NCBI GenBank assembly: GCA_016176685.1
Contig: JACOWS010000004.1
Location: forward strand, 2,018 to 66,017
DNA: 64,000 nt
Direction of reading: 5' to 3'
From: Patescibacteria group bacterium
GTDB lineage: Bacteria > Patescibacteriota > Minisyncoccia > Phycocordibacterales > SBAW01
Below, piece after piece: positions 1 through 9,374 of the stretch; position 1 is the stretch's first letter, and each line of letters starts with the position of its first letter. A program made the position numbers and the translations under genes. Below the pieces are notes generated by a model. The model saw only the letters and a list, made by a program, of their open reading frames with translations. It searched no databases and was not told the DNA's origin.

Positions 1-423
1 GACTTTCGCCTGTTGCCGGGGCGTACCGCGTACGAAAATATCGCCTTTGCGATGGAGGCCGCCGGCCGTAGCGAAGAGGATATACACTCCGACGTACCGC
101 ACGTGCTGGAGCTGGTTGACCTCGGCAATAAAATGAGCAATTTTCCAGGCGAACTTTCCGGCGGCGAGCAGCAGCGCGTGGCTATTGCTCGCGCTATAGT
201 CAACCAACCGGATGTAGTTATCGCAGACGAGCCCACCGGCAACCTCGACCCGGTAAACACCTTCGAGGTGGTGCAGATATTGAAGAAGATAAACGACCTC
301 GGAACCACCATTGTCCTCACCACACACAACAAGGGAGTCATCGACAGCTTAAAAAAGCGGGTTATAACCATGGACCGCGGCAAAGTTATCCGCGACGACC
401 GTGAGGGCAAATATATTTTATAA
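1..423 (+). CDS. ftsE: Cell division ABC ATPase FtsE (5' truncated by window edge)
   Basis: LSGGEQQRVAIARA signature, ADEPTGNLD Walker B, directly upstream of ftsX. Confidence 0.9.
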   Translation, partial: DFRLLPGRTAYENIAFAMEAAGRSEEDIHSDVPHVLELVDLGNKMSNFPGELSGGEQQRVAIARAIVNQPDVVIADEPTGNLDPVNTFEVVQILKKINDLGTTIVLTTHNKGVIDSLKKRVITMDRGKVIRDDREGKYIL

Positions 424-433
424 TCAACCAACC

Positions 434-1366
434 ATGGACCTCGTCACCACAAAAAGAATTTTCCGTGCTGGTTTCCTGGACTTTTGGCGCAACGGGTTTG
501 TATCGCTTGCGGCCATACTCATGATGATATTCACCCTCTTTACCATCGGCATGGCGATGTTTACCGGAGTGATACTCCAAACCACTCTCCAGGAGTTTAG
601 AGATAAAGCCGACATGAACGTATACTTCACCACCGATGCGCCGGAAGAGCGCATAGTGGAGGTACAGGCGTCGCTCAAAGCCCTACCGGAGGTTGCCGAG
701 GTCTCTTACGTATCGCGCGAGGAGGCGCTGGCCGCCTTCCGCGAGCGGCATCAAAACAACCAGCTTATACTCCAAGCGCTCGAGGCGCTGGGCGACAACC
801 CGCTTGGCGCGGTCTTAACCGTCAAGGCAAAAGACCTTTCGCAATACGACTCCATCGCTAACTTTTTAAACGGGCAGGGGGCACTCCAGGGCGGGCAGAC
901 GTCGGTTATCGACAAGATAAACTACTACGACGCGGCGCATCGCGTCGCCATAGACCGGCTGGGTGCGGTAACTGACTCGGCGCGGTGGATAGGGCTTATC
1001 ATCATACTTATTTTTGTAGCCGCTACCATCGCCATTTCGCTCAACACCATGCGGCTTGCCATATACTCTTCCCGCGATGAAATATCCATCATGCGGCTGG
1101 TGGGGGCGGGGCAGGCATACATTCGGGCGCCGTTTATCGTAGAGGGGGTGCTGGTGGGGCTTTCGGCATCGCTGGTAACCCTGCTCTTGTTCTATCCGCT
1201 AACCTGGTGGCTCGGCTCTGCCACGCAAGACTTTTTTGGCGGCATCAATGTCTTTTACTACTACCTTTCTAACTTCCCGCTCTTTTTTGGAGTGTTAGTG
1301 GGTTCCGGAGTGCTCTTGGGCGCGGTTGCAAGCTACCTCGCCGTGCGGCGATACCTAACTATCTAG
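434..1366 (+). CDS. ftsX: Cell division permease FtsX
   Basis: 4-TM permease, 'EISIMRLVGA...IRAPFIVEG' motif; ATG at 434 chosen over 401. Confidence 0.9.
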   Translation: MDLVTTKRIFRAGFLDFWRNGFVSLAAILMMIFTLFTIGMAMFTGVILQTTLQEFRDKADMNVYFTTDAPEERIVEVQASLKALPEVAEVSYVSREEALAAFRERHQNNQLILQALEALGDNPLGAVLTVKAKDLSQYDSIANFLNGQGALQGGQTSVIDKINYYDAAHRVAIDRLGAVTDSARWIGLIIILIFVAATIAISLNTMRLAIYSSRDEISIMRLVGAGQAYIRAPFIVEGVLVGLSASLVTLLLFYPLTWWLGSATQDFFGGINVFYYYLSNFPLFFGVLVGSGVLLGAVASYLAVRRYLTI

Positions 1367-1367
1367 T

Positions 1368-3011
1368 ATGCCTAAATATATTTTTATCGTGGGCGGTGTT
1401 ATGTCGGGTATCGGCAAAGGCATCGCCTCCTCCGCCATTGGGCGCATACTCAAGAGCAAAGGTTTTAGCGTTACCGCGATAAAAATAGACCCGTACATTA
1501 ACGTTGACGCCGGCACGATGAACCCAACCGAGCACGGCGAGGTGTTTGTGCTTGACGACGGCTACGAAACCGACCAAGACATGGGCAACTACGAGCGCTT
1601 CTTGGGAGAAACACTGCCAAGCATCAACTACATGACCACCGGCCGGGTATACCAGGAGATTATCCGCCGCGAGCGCAACCTCGAGTATGGCGGCAAAAAT
1701 GTGGAGGTGGTGCCCCACGTGCCGCTGGAGGTTATCCGCCGCATAGAAGAGGCACAAAAACTGGCCCGGGCCGACGTAACGCTCGTGGAAATTGGCGGCA
1801 CCATCGGCGAGTACCAAAACATCATCTTTTTGGAGGCGGCGCGCATGCTCAAACAAAAGCACCCCAAAGACGTTGCAGTAGTGATGGTCTCTTATGTGCC
1901 GATACCGCGCAACATCGGCGAGATGAAGACCAAACCGACGCAGTATGCCAGCCGGGAGCTTAACTCGGCGGGGCTCCAAGCCGACATCATACTCGCGCGC
2001 GCGGAGGTTGCCTTGGACCAAAAGCGCAAAGATAAAATAGCCACCTTTTGCAATGTGGCGCCCGACAGGGTCATCTCGGCTCCCGACGTAGAGAGTATCT
2101 ACGATGTGCCGCTCAATTACGAAAAAGACAATTTGGGCAACATACTCTGCCGGGTGCTGGGGCTCTCGGAGAAAACAAGCAATCTCAAAGATTGGGAAGC
2201 GTTTGTCGCAAAAAGTAAAAACGGCACCGCGGCGGTGCCTATTGCCGTGGTGGGGAAGTACTTTAACTCCGGCGACTTCGTGCTCTCCGACGTATACATT
2301 TCGGTACTCGAGGCGCTCAAAGCCGCCGCCTACCATCTTGACCTCAAGCCCGACATTACCTACCTAAACTCAAAAGACTTCGAGGCGGGCACGATGCCGC
2401 TCTCGGCGCTCGACCAGTATGCCGGCGTGCTTATCCCCGGCGGCTTTGGCGAGACCGGGGTCGAGGGCAAGATAAAGGTCATCGAGTACGTCCGCGAGAA
2501 AAAAATTCCGTACTTCGGGCTGTGCTACGGCATGCAACTGGCGGTGGTGGAGTATGCGCGCCACATGGCGGGGCTCGCTCAAGCGCATACCACAGAGATA
2601 CAGCCGGACACAGCGTATCCGGTTGTTATGGTGATGGAAAGCCAAAAAGAAAATGTGGCAAAGGGAAAGCTCGGCGGCACGATGCGCCTCGGCGCGTATC
2701 CGGCCCTGCTTAAAGAGGGCACCATTGCGCGCGAAGCGTATAAAAAAGACACCATTTCCGAAAGGCATCGCCATCGCTATGAGGTAAACCCGAAGTATGT
2801 CGGGCAGCTCCAAAAAGCGGGGCTGGTATTTTCCGGCCGCTCGCCCGACGGCGTCTTGATGGAGATAGCGGAGCTCCCCACGAGTGTCCACCCCTTCTTT
2901 CTTGGCACGCAGTTCCACCCCGAGTTTCTCTCCCGCCCTCTTTCCCCGCACCCGTTGTTTGTGGCCTTCATCAAAGCCGCCGGCCTGCGCAAGCAGGCGA
3001 GCAAAAAATAA
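1368..3011 (+). CDS. pyrG: CTP synthase
   Basis: GGVMSGIGKG, KIDPYINVDAGTM, KTKPTQ, GLCYGMQ, ERHRHRYE, QFHPE. Confidence 0.98.
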   Translation: MPKYIFIVGGVMSGIGKGIASSAIGRILKSKGFSVTAIKIDPYINVDAGTMNPTEHGEVFVLDDGYETDQDMGNYERFLGETLPSINYMTTGRVYQEIIRRERNLEYGGKNVEVVPHVPLEVIRRIEEAQKLARADVTLVEIGGTIGEYQNIIFLEAARMLKQKHPKDVAVVMVSYVPIPRNIGEMKTKPTQYASRELNSAGLQADIILARAEVALDQKRKDKIATFCNVAPDRVISAPDVESIYDVPLNYEKDNLGNILCRVLGLSEKTSNLKDWEAFVAKSKNGTAAVPIAVVGKYFNSGDFVLSDVYISVLEALKAAAYHLDLKPDITYLNSKDFEAGTMPLSALDQYAGVLIPGGFGETGVEGKIKVIEYVREKKIPYFGLCYGMQLAVVEYARHMAGLAQAHTTEIQPDTAYPVVMVMESQKENVAKGKLGGTMRLGAYPALLKEGTIAREAYKKDTISERHRHRYEVNPKYVGQLQKAGLVFSGRSPDGVLMEIAELPTSVHPFFLGTQFHPEFLSRPLSPHPLFVAFIKAAGLRKQASKK

Positions 3012-3179
3012 TTTTTCAGAACTTATAAAGCACGTTATCATTTCAATAGAATATTTTTAATTTAGCTATAGCTTAATTAAAAATATATTATTTTAAACTA
3101 AAGTAACGTGCGGAAATTAGAAAATCTGCTACAATTTCGTTGTTGTTAGCAATTGCCGGGTCGTCCCTGGCCGGTAAAC

Positions 3180-3329
3180 CCGTCCACAAAAATGCGAGTG
3201 CCGTTTGTGTTAGTGTATAGCGAGATATTTTCAACTCGGGTAGAGGCGCGGAGGCGAGAGAAATATCTAAAGAGTTATAGAGGAGCGGGAGAAAAATCCT
3301 CTATATTGAAAAATTGCCAGATCGTCTAA
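3180..3329 (+). pseudogene. C-terminal remnant of a small GIY-YIG nuclease
   Basis: Manual translation PSTKMRVPFVLVYSEIFSTRVEARRREKYLKSYRG matches the GIY-YIG (UPF0213-type) C-terminal pattern; N-terminal GIY/YIG motifs absent; stop lies inside tRNA-Gln. Confidence 0.7.
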
Positions 3330-3385
3330 TGGTAGGACTCCTGCCTCTGGAGCAGGGTATCTTGGTTCGAATCCAAGTCTGGCAG
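3315..3385 (+). tRNA. tRNA-Gln(CTG)
   Basis: Acceptor TGCCAGA/TCTGGCA, anticodon arm CCTGC-CTCTGGA-GCAGG, T arm CTTGG-TTCGAAT-CCAAG. Confidence 0.95.
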
Positions 3386-3475
3386 CAGTCTAGTTTAGTA
3401 TCGAAGGACCTAAAGCCGTCGATAACTAGATAACTTCACCCCGTTGTGGCATACCGGCTGAGCACCGTATTCAGA

Positions 3476-3509
3476 ACACAAAACCACCGATTAGTCGGTG
3501 GTTTTGTGT
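3476..3509. terminator. Intrinsic terminator-like hairpin
   Basis: Perfect 15-bp inverted repeat ACACAAAACCACCGA-TTAG-TCGGTGGTTTTGTGT downstream of tRNA-Gln. Confidence 0.75.
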
Positions 3510-3589
3510 AATTGACCTCATTTAGTACTATATGATACGCTCTGTTGAACCAGTTGTTTTATTTGTAAGGGCGTGATATATATGCAAGT

Positions 3590-3823
3590 ATGCAAAAAGG
3601 AGATAATAAAAACGAATCATCAAGAGAAAGGTTTCGCCGCCTGGCTACCCTTAGGACGAATGGGGTTCTAAAGCGACTGAAGGTTCTGGGTAATTGTTCA
3701 AATCGCCACGCCTACGAATACGATGAGGAGGATATTGATAAGATTTTTTCCGAGATTGAGCGCAAGGTTAAGGAATCTAAAGCAAAATTTCATTTCCCCA
3801 AAAAGCGGGAGTTTAAACTATGA
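3590..3823 (+). CDS. Small helical conserved hypothetical protein (type often seen at the head of defence/RM cassettes)
   Basis: 77 aa, 'RERFRRLA..RTN.VL..L..LGNCSN...YEY.EEDI.KIF'; first gene of AT-rich operon. Confidence 0.7.
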   Translation: MQKGDNKNESSRERFRRLATLRTNGVLKRLKVLGNCSNRHAYEYDEEDIDKIFSEIERKVKESKAKFHFPKKREFKL

Positions 3824-3832
3824 ACTAATCTT

Positions 3833-5626
3833 ATGTCTAACATACTCACGGATATTAAAACTGAACAAATAGGAGCCGACTTGTCGAAGGTCGTTGATAG
3901 AGTTTCAAAACAATATGACCGCCCGGATATTGCTTTTCAGAAAGAAGCAATCCAAAATTCTTGGGATGTTCGCAGTGATAAAAAGGAGGGGAAAGAGTGG
4001 CTATTTAAAATTTATGAATATAAGGACGGAAATCAGAAGACTCACGTCGTTGTAGAAGATTTTGGGACAAAGGGAATGAACAAAGAAAGGTGGGAGGCCT
4101 TTTCCTCACTATGGCGTCCTAAAAAAGATCGTGATGATGCTGGTGGAAAAGGACAAGGAAAGTTTGTATTGATGAACGCCTCCCAAGAACACGTTTTATT
4201 TGTGGAAAGTGTGAGTGATGATGCTGGTTATATTTGTAAATTTCTTCAGGATGGTAAAAAGAGTAGAGATGAAGAAAATTTCCAAATTTTTAAACATATT
4301 CCAAGCGTTAAACCCCTTGAGCACAAAGGAAGCAGAATTTGGGTATATGACGTTCGAGATGATTTTTTAAAAACACTACATTCCGAGGAATTTGCAGATT
4401 CAATAATAGAATGCTGGTGGCAAGTACTCGGACCCAGATTTAATGGAAAAATTTCTCTGTTTGATAAGGAGGTTGTGTATAAACCTCTTCCGTCCCCAAC
4501 GGAAGAAATAACCTTGTTTGAGAATCATCAGGTTGATGGGTTTGGCCGGATAAAAAGGCTTTGTCTCAGTTTTTATGCAGATAAAGTTCCGTCGGCTTTC
4601 GATGGAGTGATGGTTCAGCGAGCCAATATGATGATCGTTAAAATTCCCTTTGAAGTGCATGACAAAGAATATCAAGGTCGCTTTTCAGGATATATAGAAT
4701 TTGATGAAACGTTGGAAAAAGAGTTGAAGGAAATAGAAAGAAATGATCACTGTAGTTTTCAATATGAATCACCATGGAAAGAAATTAAGGTTCTTATAAA
4801 AGACGAGGTTAGTAAATTTATTACAAAGATCGTTCCATCGAAAGAACAACGCAAAACGATAAATATAAAAAATCTTGCCGAAGTTATTCAAAAAGCAAAC
4901 CAAATTATTGATGAATACTGTCCGGAAATTCTTGGTGGCGGAACAGTTGTGCCGCCGATTACTCCAAGGCCGAAGCCTCCAATCAGAATAAAACATCTTG
5001 CGGTCAATAAGAGAGAGGTGAAATGGGGCGATACAATCAAAGCGACTTGCGGGATACTTAACACTACCAGTGAGGATAAAAAGGTATCGCTTAATATTGA
5101 GATAAAAAGATTGGGAGCGAAAGTTCTTGAGGAAGAATATTCTCTAAAAATTAAAACTAGTGAATCTAAGCCGCTGAAATTAACCGAAATCAAGTTAGCC
5201 CAGAATAAATTTGATAAGGGGAAATATATTGTCCGTGCAATCTTGCGTGAACAGAGGCATGATCTTGATACTAAAACAACCAGTTTTTATCTTGAATCAA
5301 AAAGAGAGCCAGTTAAGAAAGGGTTTATCAAAGAAATTAGATTTTACGAATCTGATGAGCCGTTGAGAAATAAGCAGGTTAAAAGCGGAACTCTTGAAAT
5401 AAATTTAGGACACAAGGACTTTGCGAATATTTGGTCTGTTTTTGAAGAAAAACCAAATATTCAGACTAAACAGATTGGTTTCTTCATAATGAAACTTTGT
5501 CTCGACGAGGCAGTAAGAGAGCTGTTTAAATTGAAGTTAAAAGATGAGAGTTCGAAGGACATAGACGATATTGTTCAAGAAGTTAAAGAAATTCAAGATA
5601 GAATGTACTACGATGTCCATGCCTAA
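3833..5626 (+). CDS. GHKL (Hsp90/MutL/MORC-like) ATPase with a C-terminal beta-rich domain
   Basis: N-box KEAIQNSWD, G1 VEDFGTKGM, G2 GGKGQGK, G3 KGSRIW; AT-rich. Confidence 0.8.
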   Translation: MSNILTDIKTEQIGADLSKVVDRVSKQYDRPDIAFQKEAIQNSWDVRSDKKEGKEWLFKIYEYKDGNQKTHVVVEDFGTKGMNKERWEAFSSLWRPKKDRDDAGGKGQGKFVLMNASQEHVLFVESVSDDAGYICKFLQDGKKSRDEENFQIFKHIPSVKPLEHKGSRIWVYDVRDDFLKTLHSEEFADSIIECWWQVLGPRFNGKISLFDKEVVYKPLPSPTEEITLFENHQVDGFGRIKRLCLSFYADKVPSAFDGVMVQRANMMIVKIPFEVHDKEYQGRFSGYIEFDETLEKELKEIERNDHCSFQYESPWKEIKVLIKDEVSKFITKIVPSKEQRKTINIKNLAEVIQKANQIIDEYCPEILGGGTVVPPITPRPKPPIRIKHLAVNKREVKWGDTIKATCGILNTTSEDKKVSLNIEIKRLGAKVLEEEYSLKIKTSESKPLKLTEIKLAQNKFDKGKYIVRAILREQRHDLDTKTTSFYLESKREPVKKGFIKEIRFYESDEPLRNKQVKSGTLEINLGHKDFANIWSVFEEKPNIQTKQIGFFIMKLCLDEAVRELFKLKLKDESSKDIDDIVQEVKEIQDRMYYDVHA

Positions 5627-6179
5627 AAAAGACAACTCAAAACCGGAGTCAAAGATTGGTTTGGGTGAAAAAACTGACTCCGGTTACAAATATTCGTCGC
5701 GAATAAATTTTAAGGAAGATTTATCACTTCAAATTGCAAAGTTAATGCAAGAAAAAAAAGCGAAAGATGAGCTAGAAACTTATGTTGAGCAAATTCGTAA
5801 AATTTCTTCGCGATTTAAAAATAAGGATAAAAACCTCGATTACTATACAGCTGTTGGCAAAGTTTTATTTTTTTTAAGCAGTGATAGCTTTAAGAACATA
5901 AAACCTTACAGCGTATTTAGAAGATTGATTGATGAAGTTCCCGATATATTGCCCGGATTAGACACGAAAAGAATACAAGATCATTTGATGATGATGTACA
6001 GAATTGGCGGGCTAGACGAAAATATTTTGAGTAAAGCGACATGGGAACAGTGGTATGAAATATCGAAGTTCAAAAATGCCATAAACAATCGGAGGGTGTT
6101 AAATAGAATACTTACGGCAAGCGGTAGTGCTTCTGGTCCTGATTTACGCAAAAAGATAGAATCTATACTAGGTAAGTAA
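5619..6179 (+). CDS. Hypothetical protein, possibly YhcG/DUF1016 N-terminal-like helical domain
   Basis: Start overlaps ATPase stop; motifs YYTAVGKVL, HLMMMYRI, ATWEQWYEI, DLRKKI loosely follow the DUF1016-N pattern. Confidence 0.55.
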   Translation: MPKKDNSKPESKIGLGEKTDSGYKYSSRINFKEDLSLQIAKLMQEKKAKDELETYVEQIRKISSRFKNKDKNLDYYTAVGKVLFFLSSDSFKNIKPYSVFRRLIDEVPDILPGLDTKRIQDHLMMMYRIGGLDENILSKATWEQWYEISKFKNAINNRRVLNRILTASGSASGPDLRKKIESILGK

Positions 6180-6418
6180 AACTTGTCGCCGCAAATTTTC
6201 GTTTCTCAAGCGAGGGCGCGGCGGAAGAGGGGTGTGGGGGGAATTCCGCCGCGCCCGAGCGTTCCGCCGGAGCGAAGCGGAGGCGGTCAGTCGTCCGGAT
6301 TCGTTTGGTAAGAAGTTCGGATTTTGTTCAAGAGACACAGCCGAGGTTGGATCGGCCTGTGGATCCGGCGACGCGAGATTCTCCGTCCCGCCGCTTTGCA
6401 GTATACTTAAGGCGACGT

Positions 6419-6922
6419 ATGCCGCTTTCTCTCTACAACACAACCGTCCCCGTATTCATCCGCTCACTCACCGAGCTCCTGCGCCTCATAGAAAAGGGAA
6501 GGGCGTTTGCACGAAGAAAGAACATCTCCGAGAAGAGATTGATTGGCGCGCGCCTCGCACCTGACATGCTCACCTTCGCGGGGCAGGTACAGTATTCCTA
6601 TTTTACGGCGCTCGACGCCGCGGCCGGGCTCTCCGGAAAAAAGGCGCCCGCGTTCGCCTATGACGAGACCTCCGTCGCCGAGCTTGCGCGAAATGTACGG
6701 CGCACGCTCGCATATCTCCACTCCATCACGCCGCGAGATTTTTCACACGCGGGGAGGCGGCGCGTCCCCGTTTACTTCGACCCGTCGCGAAAACTTCCCG
6801 CGCGTCGCTATATAACACAACTCGCGCTCCCCAATTTCTTTTTTCATATGACGGCGGCTTACGCTATCTTGCGCCACATCGGGGTACCTCTTAAAAAGAG
6901 CGACTACCTCGGCAAGCTTTAA
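6419..6922 (+). CDS. DUF1993 (DinB-like) family protein
   Basis: ARLAPDML.FAGQVQ, LPNFFFHMTAAYAILRHIGVPLKKSDYLG. Confidence 0.9.
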   Translation: MPLSLYNTTVPVFIRSLTELLRLIEKGRAFARRKNISEKRLIGARLAPDMLTFAGQVQYSYFTALDAAAGLSGKKAPAFAYDETSVAELARNVRRTLAYLHSITPRDFSHAGRRRVPVYFDPSRKLPARRYITQLALPNFFFHMTAAYAILRHIGVPLKKSDYLGKL

Positions 6923-6936
6923 GGGACGCGAGCACG

Positions 6937-7218
6937 CTATTTGTGTTTTACGCGCCGCGTCCGGGATATCGTCGCGCGCGGCTCTCGCCTTCCAAGAGTT
7001 TTCTCGATCCTCCTGCGGTCAAAGCCGATGAGGACGTCGGTCCCGACGACAATGACGGGGACGCCGATTTGGCCGGAGCACTCTATCATTTCCGTCCATT
7101 TTTCTCGGTTAGCGGATACATCGTACTCCGTGAATGGAAGTTTTTGTGCGACAAAATACTCCCGCGCCAGAGCGCAGTACTCGCAATCAGGAGCGCTGTA
7201 GAGAGTTATATGCTGCAT
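6937..7218 (-). CDS. Glutaredoxin/NrdH-redoxin-like protein
   Basis: YSAPDCEYC active site, SGQIGVPVI, GFD. Confidence 0.9.
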   Translation of the reverse strand: MQHITLYSAPDCEYCALAREYFVAQKLPFTEYDVSANREKWTEMIECSGQIGVPVIVVGTDVLIGFDRRRIEKTLGRREPRATISRTRRVKHK

Positions 7219-7299
7219 AAAGCATAAGAGACGGCAGTCAATGGCAGTCAATAAGTGACGAGCGAGGATAATTATTCTCGCGGGAGTCCGCGTGGGGCA

Positions 7300-7995
7300 T
7301 CAGTCCTCATCGCTCGTATGGAGGATGACGTTCCCCTTTTTGTCGATAGAGATTTTTCGTTTTTTTGCGAGGGACGCGAGAGCCCTCGTCATCGTCTCAC
7401 GCGCGACACCGACGAACTGGGCGAACTTATCGTGGGTGAAGCGGCGAGTGATGGTGCGAACGCCGGCCTCTCTCGTTCCGTACTCACGCCACATGTACTC
7501 GAGTGCTTGCAGAGTTCTTGCCTCGACATCCCCAAGGGTTGCCTCCCGCAAGCGCCCTTCGGCGTTCGCGAGTTCGAGCGAGAGCTGCTTGATTATCGTG
7601 AGGGCAAGGCGTGGCTTGCGCTCAAGGAGCGCGAGGAAGTCGTCATGGGGCATCGTGCAGACCGTTACGTCCGAGGCCGCTTTGATAAAGCGGTGCCGAC
7701 CGCCCTCTTTCCCCGGAGTGTCGCCGAGCGCCGTATAGCCGAAGACATCGCCTGCTTTAAGCGTATCGACGATGAGCTTGCGCCCATCCATGGTCGCCTC
7801 GTACACCTCGACTTCGCCCTTCTTGAGGAAGTAGATGCGCTCGTGGAATTCATCGAACGGCGTCTCGATATAGACATCGCTCTCGAAGTCGCGCATCCGG
7901 GCTTTTTGCGCTATCTCGCGGACCGTCTCCGGTGCAAGCTCACGGAAGAGGTTCACCCGCGAGAGGAACCAGAGTTTCTTTCCCTCGTCCTCCAT
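7300..7995 (-). CDS. Crp/Fnr family transcriptional regulator
   Basis: cNMP-fold (IYFLKKGEVEV...GDVFG) plus HTH THDKFAQFVGVARETMTRAL; -10 TATAGT 6 nt before ATG 7995. Confidence 0.92.
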   Translation of the reverse strand: MEDEGKKLWFLSRVNLFRELAPETVREIAQKARMRDFESDVYIETPFDEFHERIYFLKKGEVEVYEATMDGRKLIVDTLKAGDVFGYTALGDTPGKEGGRHRFIKAASDVTVCTMPHDDFLALLERKPRLALTIIKQLSLELANAEGRLREATLGDVEARTLQALEYMWREYGTREAGVRTITRRFTHDKFAQFVGVARETMTRALASLAKKRKISIDKKGNVILHTSDED

Positions 7996-8071
7996 ACCCA
8001 CACTATACCCGTACGGTCTCTATCGCGCACGCCATTCTTTAGGACAGACGGTGGGCCCTTTGAGAACGTGG

Positions 8072-8785
8072 CTAGTTTTCGGGGCGCTTGACGAGATTCA
8101 GCATCATGGCGCTCTGTACGCGCAGGGTGTAGCGGATGGTGTAGAGGGCGAGTGCGATGCCGGTAAGAAGGGTGGCGACGCCGACGAATTTGAACGGCTC
8201 GAGCCACGCTTTCGTTCCTTCTATCGCTTGGAGTTGCCCCAAGAGGAGCGACCCCGACTCGGCGGTGTCAAGCTGTGTCTTGATGGAGTGGTTCCAAAAA
8301 TCGGCAGCGACGTTCGCGAGCGCGAATCCTTCGACGGCGGCTATGGCGAGGATGGTAAGGCCCAACATCATGAGCATCGGGAAGGCGTACGCGGTCCAGG
8401 GCTTTTTCGGCAGGACGGGAGCGATGCCGATTTCACGCTGGAGGACGACCCCGGCATTGCGAAGGGTGAGGATGATGTTTGCAAGCGCCATCGTGATGCC
8501 GGCGAACAGGAGGCCCATGCCGAAGAATTTAAGCGGCGGGAGCCACGCTTTGACGCTCTCGATGCTCACTTTAAGGTTGACAAGGAGCGACCCCGACTCG
8601 GCGCTCTCGCGCACGATTTTCGAGGAGCTCAAGTACTGCGCGGTGTCGGCGCTGTTGCTGAAGCCGACGAGGAGCGCATAGAAGACGATAAGGAGACCCA
8701 TCATGACGAAGGGGCCCCACATAAGGCGCACCATCTTGTACATGGCGGCATCAAGTCCGGTGAGGAGGAATGGAGTATCTTTCAT
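8072..8785 (-). CDS. Membrane protein with two copies of an unnamed repeat domain
   Basis: AESGSLL..IE..KAWL.P.KF.G...L..GI..AL..I...LR occurs twice; 21-bp identical DNA repeat at 8244-8264 and 8583-8603. Confidence 0.8.
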   Translation of the reverse strand: MKDTPFLLTGLDAAMYKMVRLMWGPFVMMGLLIVFYALLVGFSNSADTAQYLSSSKIVRESAESGSLLVNLKVSIESVKAWLPPLKFFGMGLLFAGITMALANIILTLRNAGVVLQREIGIAPVLPKKPWTAYAFPMLMMLGLTILAIAAVEGFALANVAADFWNHSIKTQLDTAESGSLLLGQLQAIEGTKAWLEPFKFVGVATLLTGIALALYTIRYTLRVQSAMMLNLVKRPEN

Positions 8786-8831
8786 GGTAGAGATTAATAA
8801 GAGTGAATAGTTCTAATAATGAGCGGAGAAA

Positions 8832-9209
8832 CTATCGTTTGCGGTACGCGAGGAGAAGCTCCGTGGCGGCACGAGCGCGCAGCTTCACCATATTGAGTAT
8901 GGACACGGCGAAGGAAATGCTGATGCCGAAGAGGATGAGGGCGAGTCCGGAGAAGAATACAGGCTCAAGCCACGCCCGCGTGCTCTCGAGGGTCGAGAGT
9001 TGGGCAAGTACTGCGGAACCCGTCTCAGCCGCGTCGCGGATCGCCTTTGTATTCGAGAAGTACTGTGCGTCGACGCCGACGAGCCCGAAGGCGTAGACGG
9101 CATAGATGGTGACGACCGCGATCCCAAGCACGAGGAGAGTCTCCGCGAGGTACGCTGAGCGTGGCGAATGGCCGGCTTTTTCGCTAAGGTCTTGAAGTGA
9201 TGTAGTCAT
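8832..9209 (-). CDS. Membrane protein with one copy of the same repeat domain
   Basis: YFSNTKAIRDAAETGSAVLAQLSTLESTRAWLEP; two TM segments. Confidence 0.75.
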   Translation of the reverse strand: MTTSLQDLSEKAGHSPRSAYLAETLLVLGIAVVTIYAVYAFGLVGVDAQYFSNTKAIRDAAETGSAVLAQLSTLESTRAWLEPVFFSGLALILFGISISFAVSILNMVKLRARAATELLLAYRKR

Positions 9210-9272
9210 GGATGATGTTTTGGAAGGAGAAAATAAATTGCTAATGCGCGAACGTAAGTATCGACCGCAATA

Positions 9273-9315
9273 AGTACAGCATGAGTGCCCCGCCGCCGCA
9301 GTGACGCAGGTCACA
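9273..9315 (-). promoter_or_regulatory. CRP-type box with class-II-spaced extended -10
   Basis: Minus strand TGTGA-cctgcg-TCACT (9315-9300), 21 nt, then TGTACT preceded by TG-C. Confidence 0.7.
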
Positions 9316-9320
9316 CGAGT

Positions 9321-9357
9321 AAAAAAGCGGCCCGGCTTCTCTTGAAGCCGGGCCGCT
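9321..9357 (-). terminator. Intrinsic terminator
   Basis: 13-bp perfect stem GCGGCCCGGCTTC/GAAGCCGGGCCGC followed by T6 on the minus strand. Confidence 0.85.
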
Positions 9358-9374
9358 GGCCGCTTTGGCGCATG

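Noticed and set aside
1359-3041. Long antisense ORFs opposite pyrG (similar ones lie opposite the helicase, typA, rnj, groEL and crp)
   Set aside because: Shadow frames of GC-rich coding genes with no recognisable motifs.
7225-7275. Third CRP box upstream of the glutaredoxin
   Set aside because: Only a half site (AGTGA) and a GGCAGTCAAT direct repeat; spacing to a -10 does not fit.
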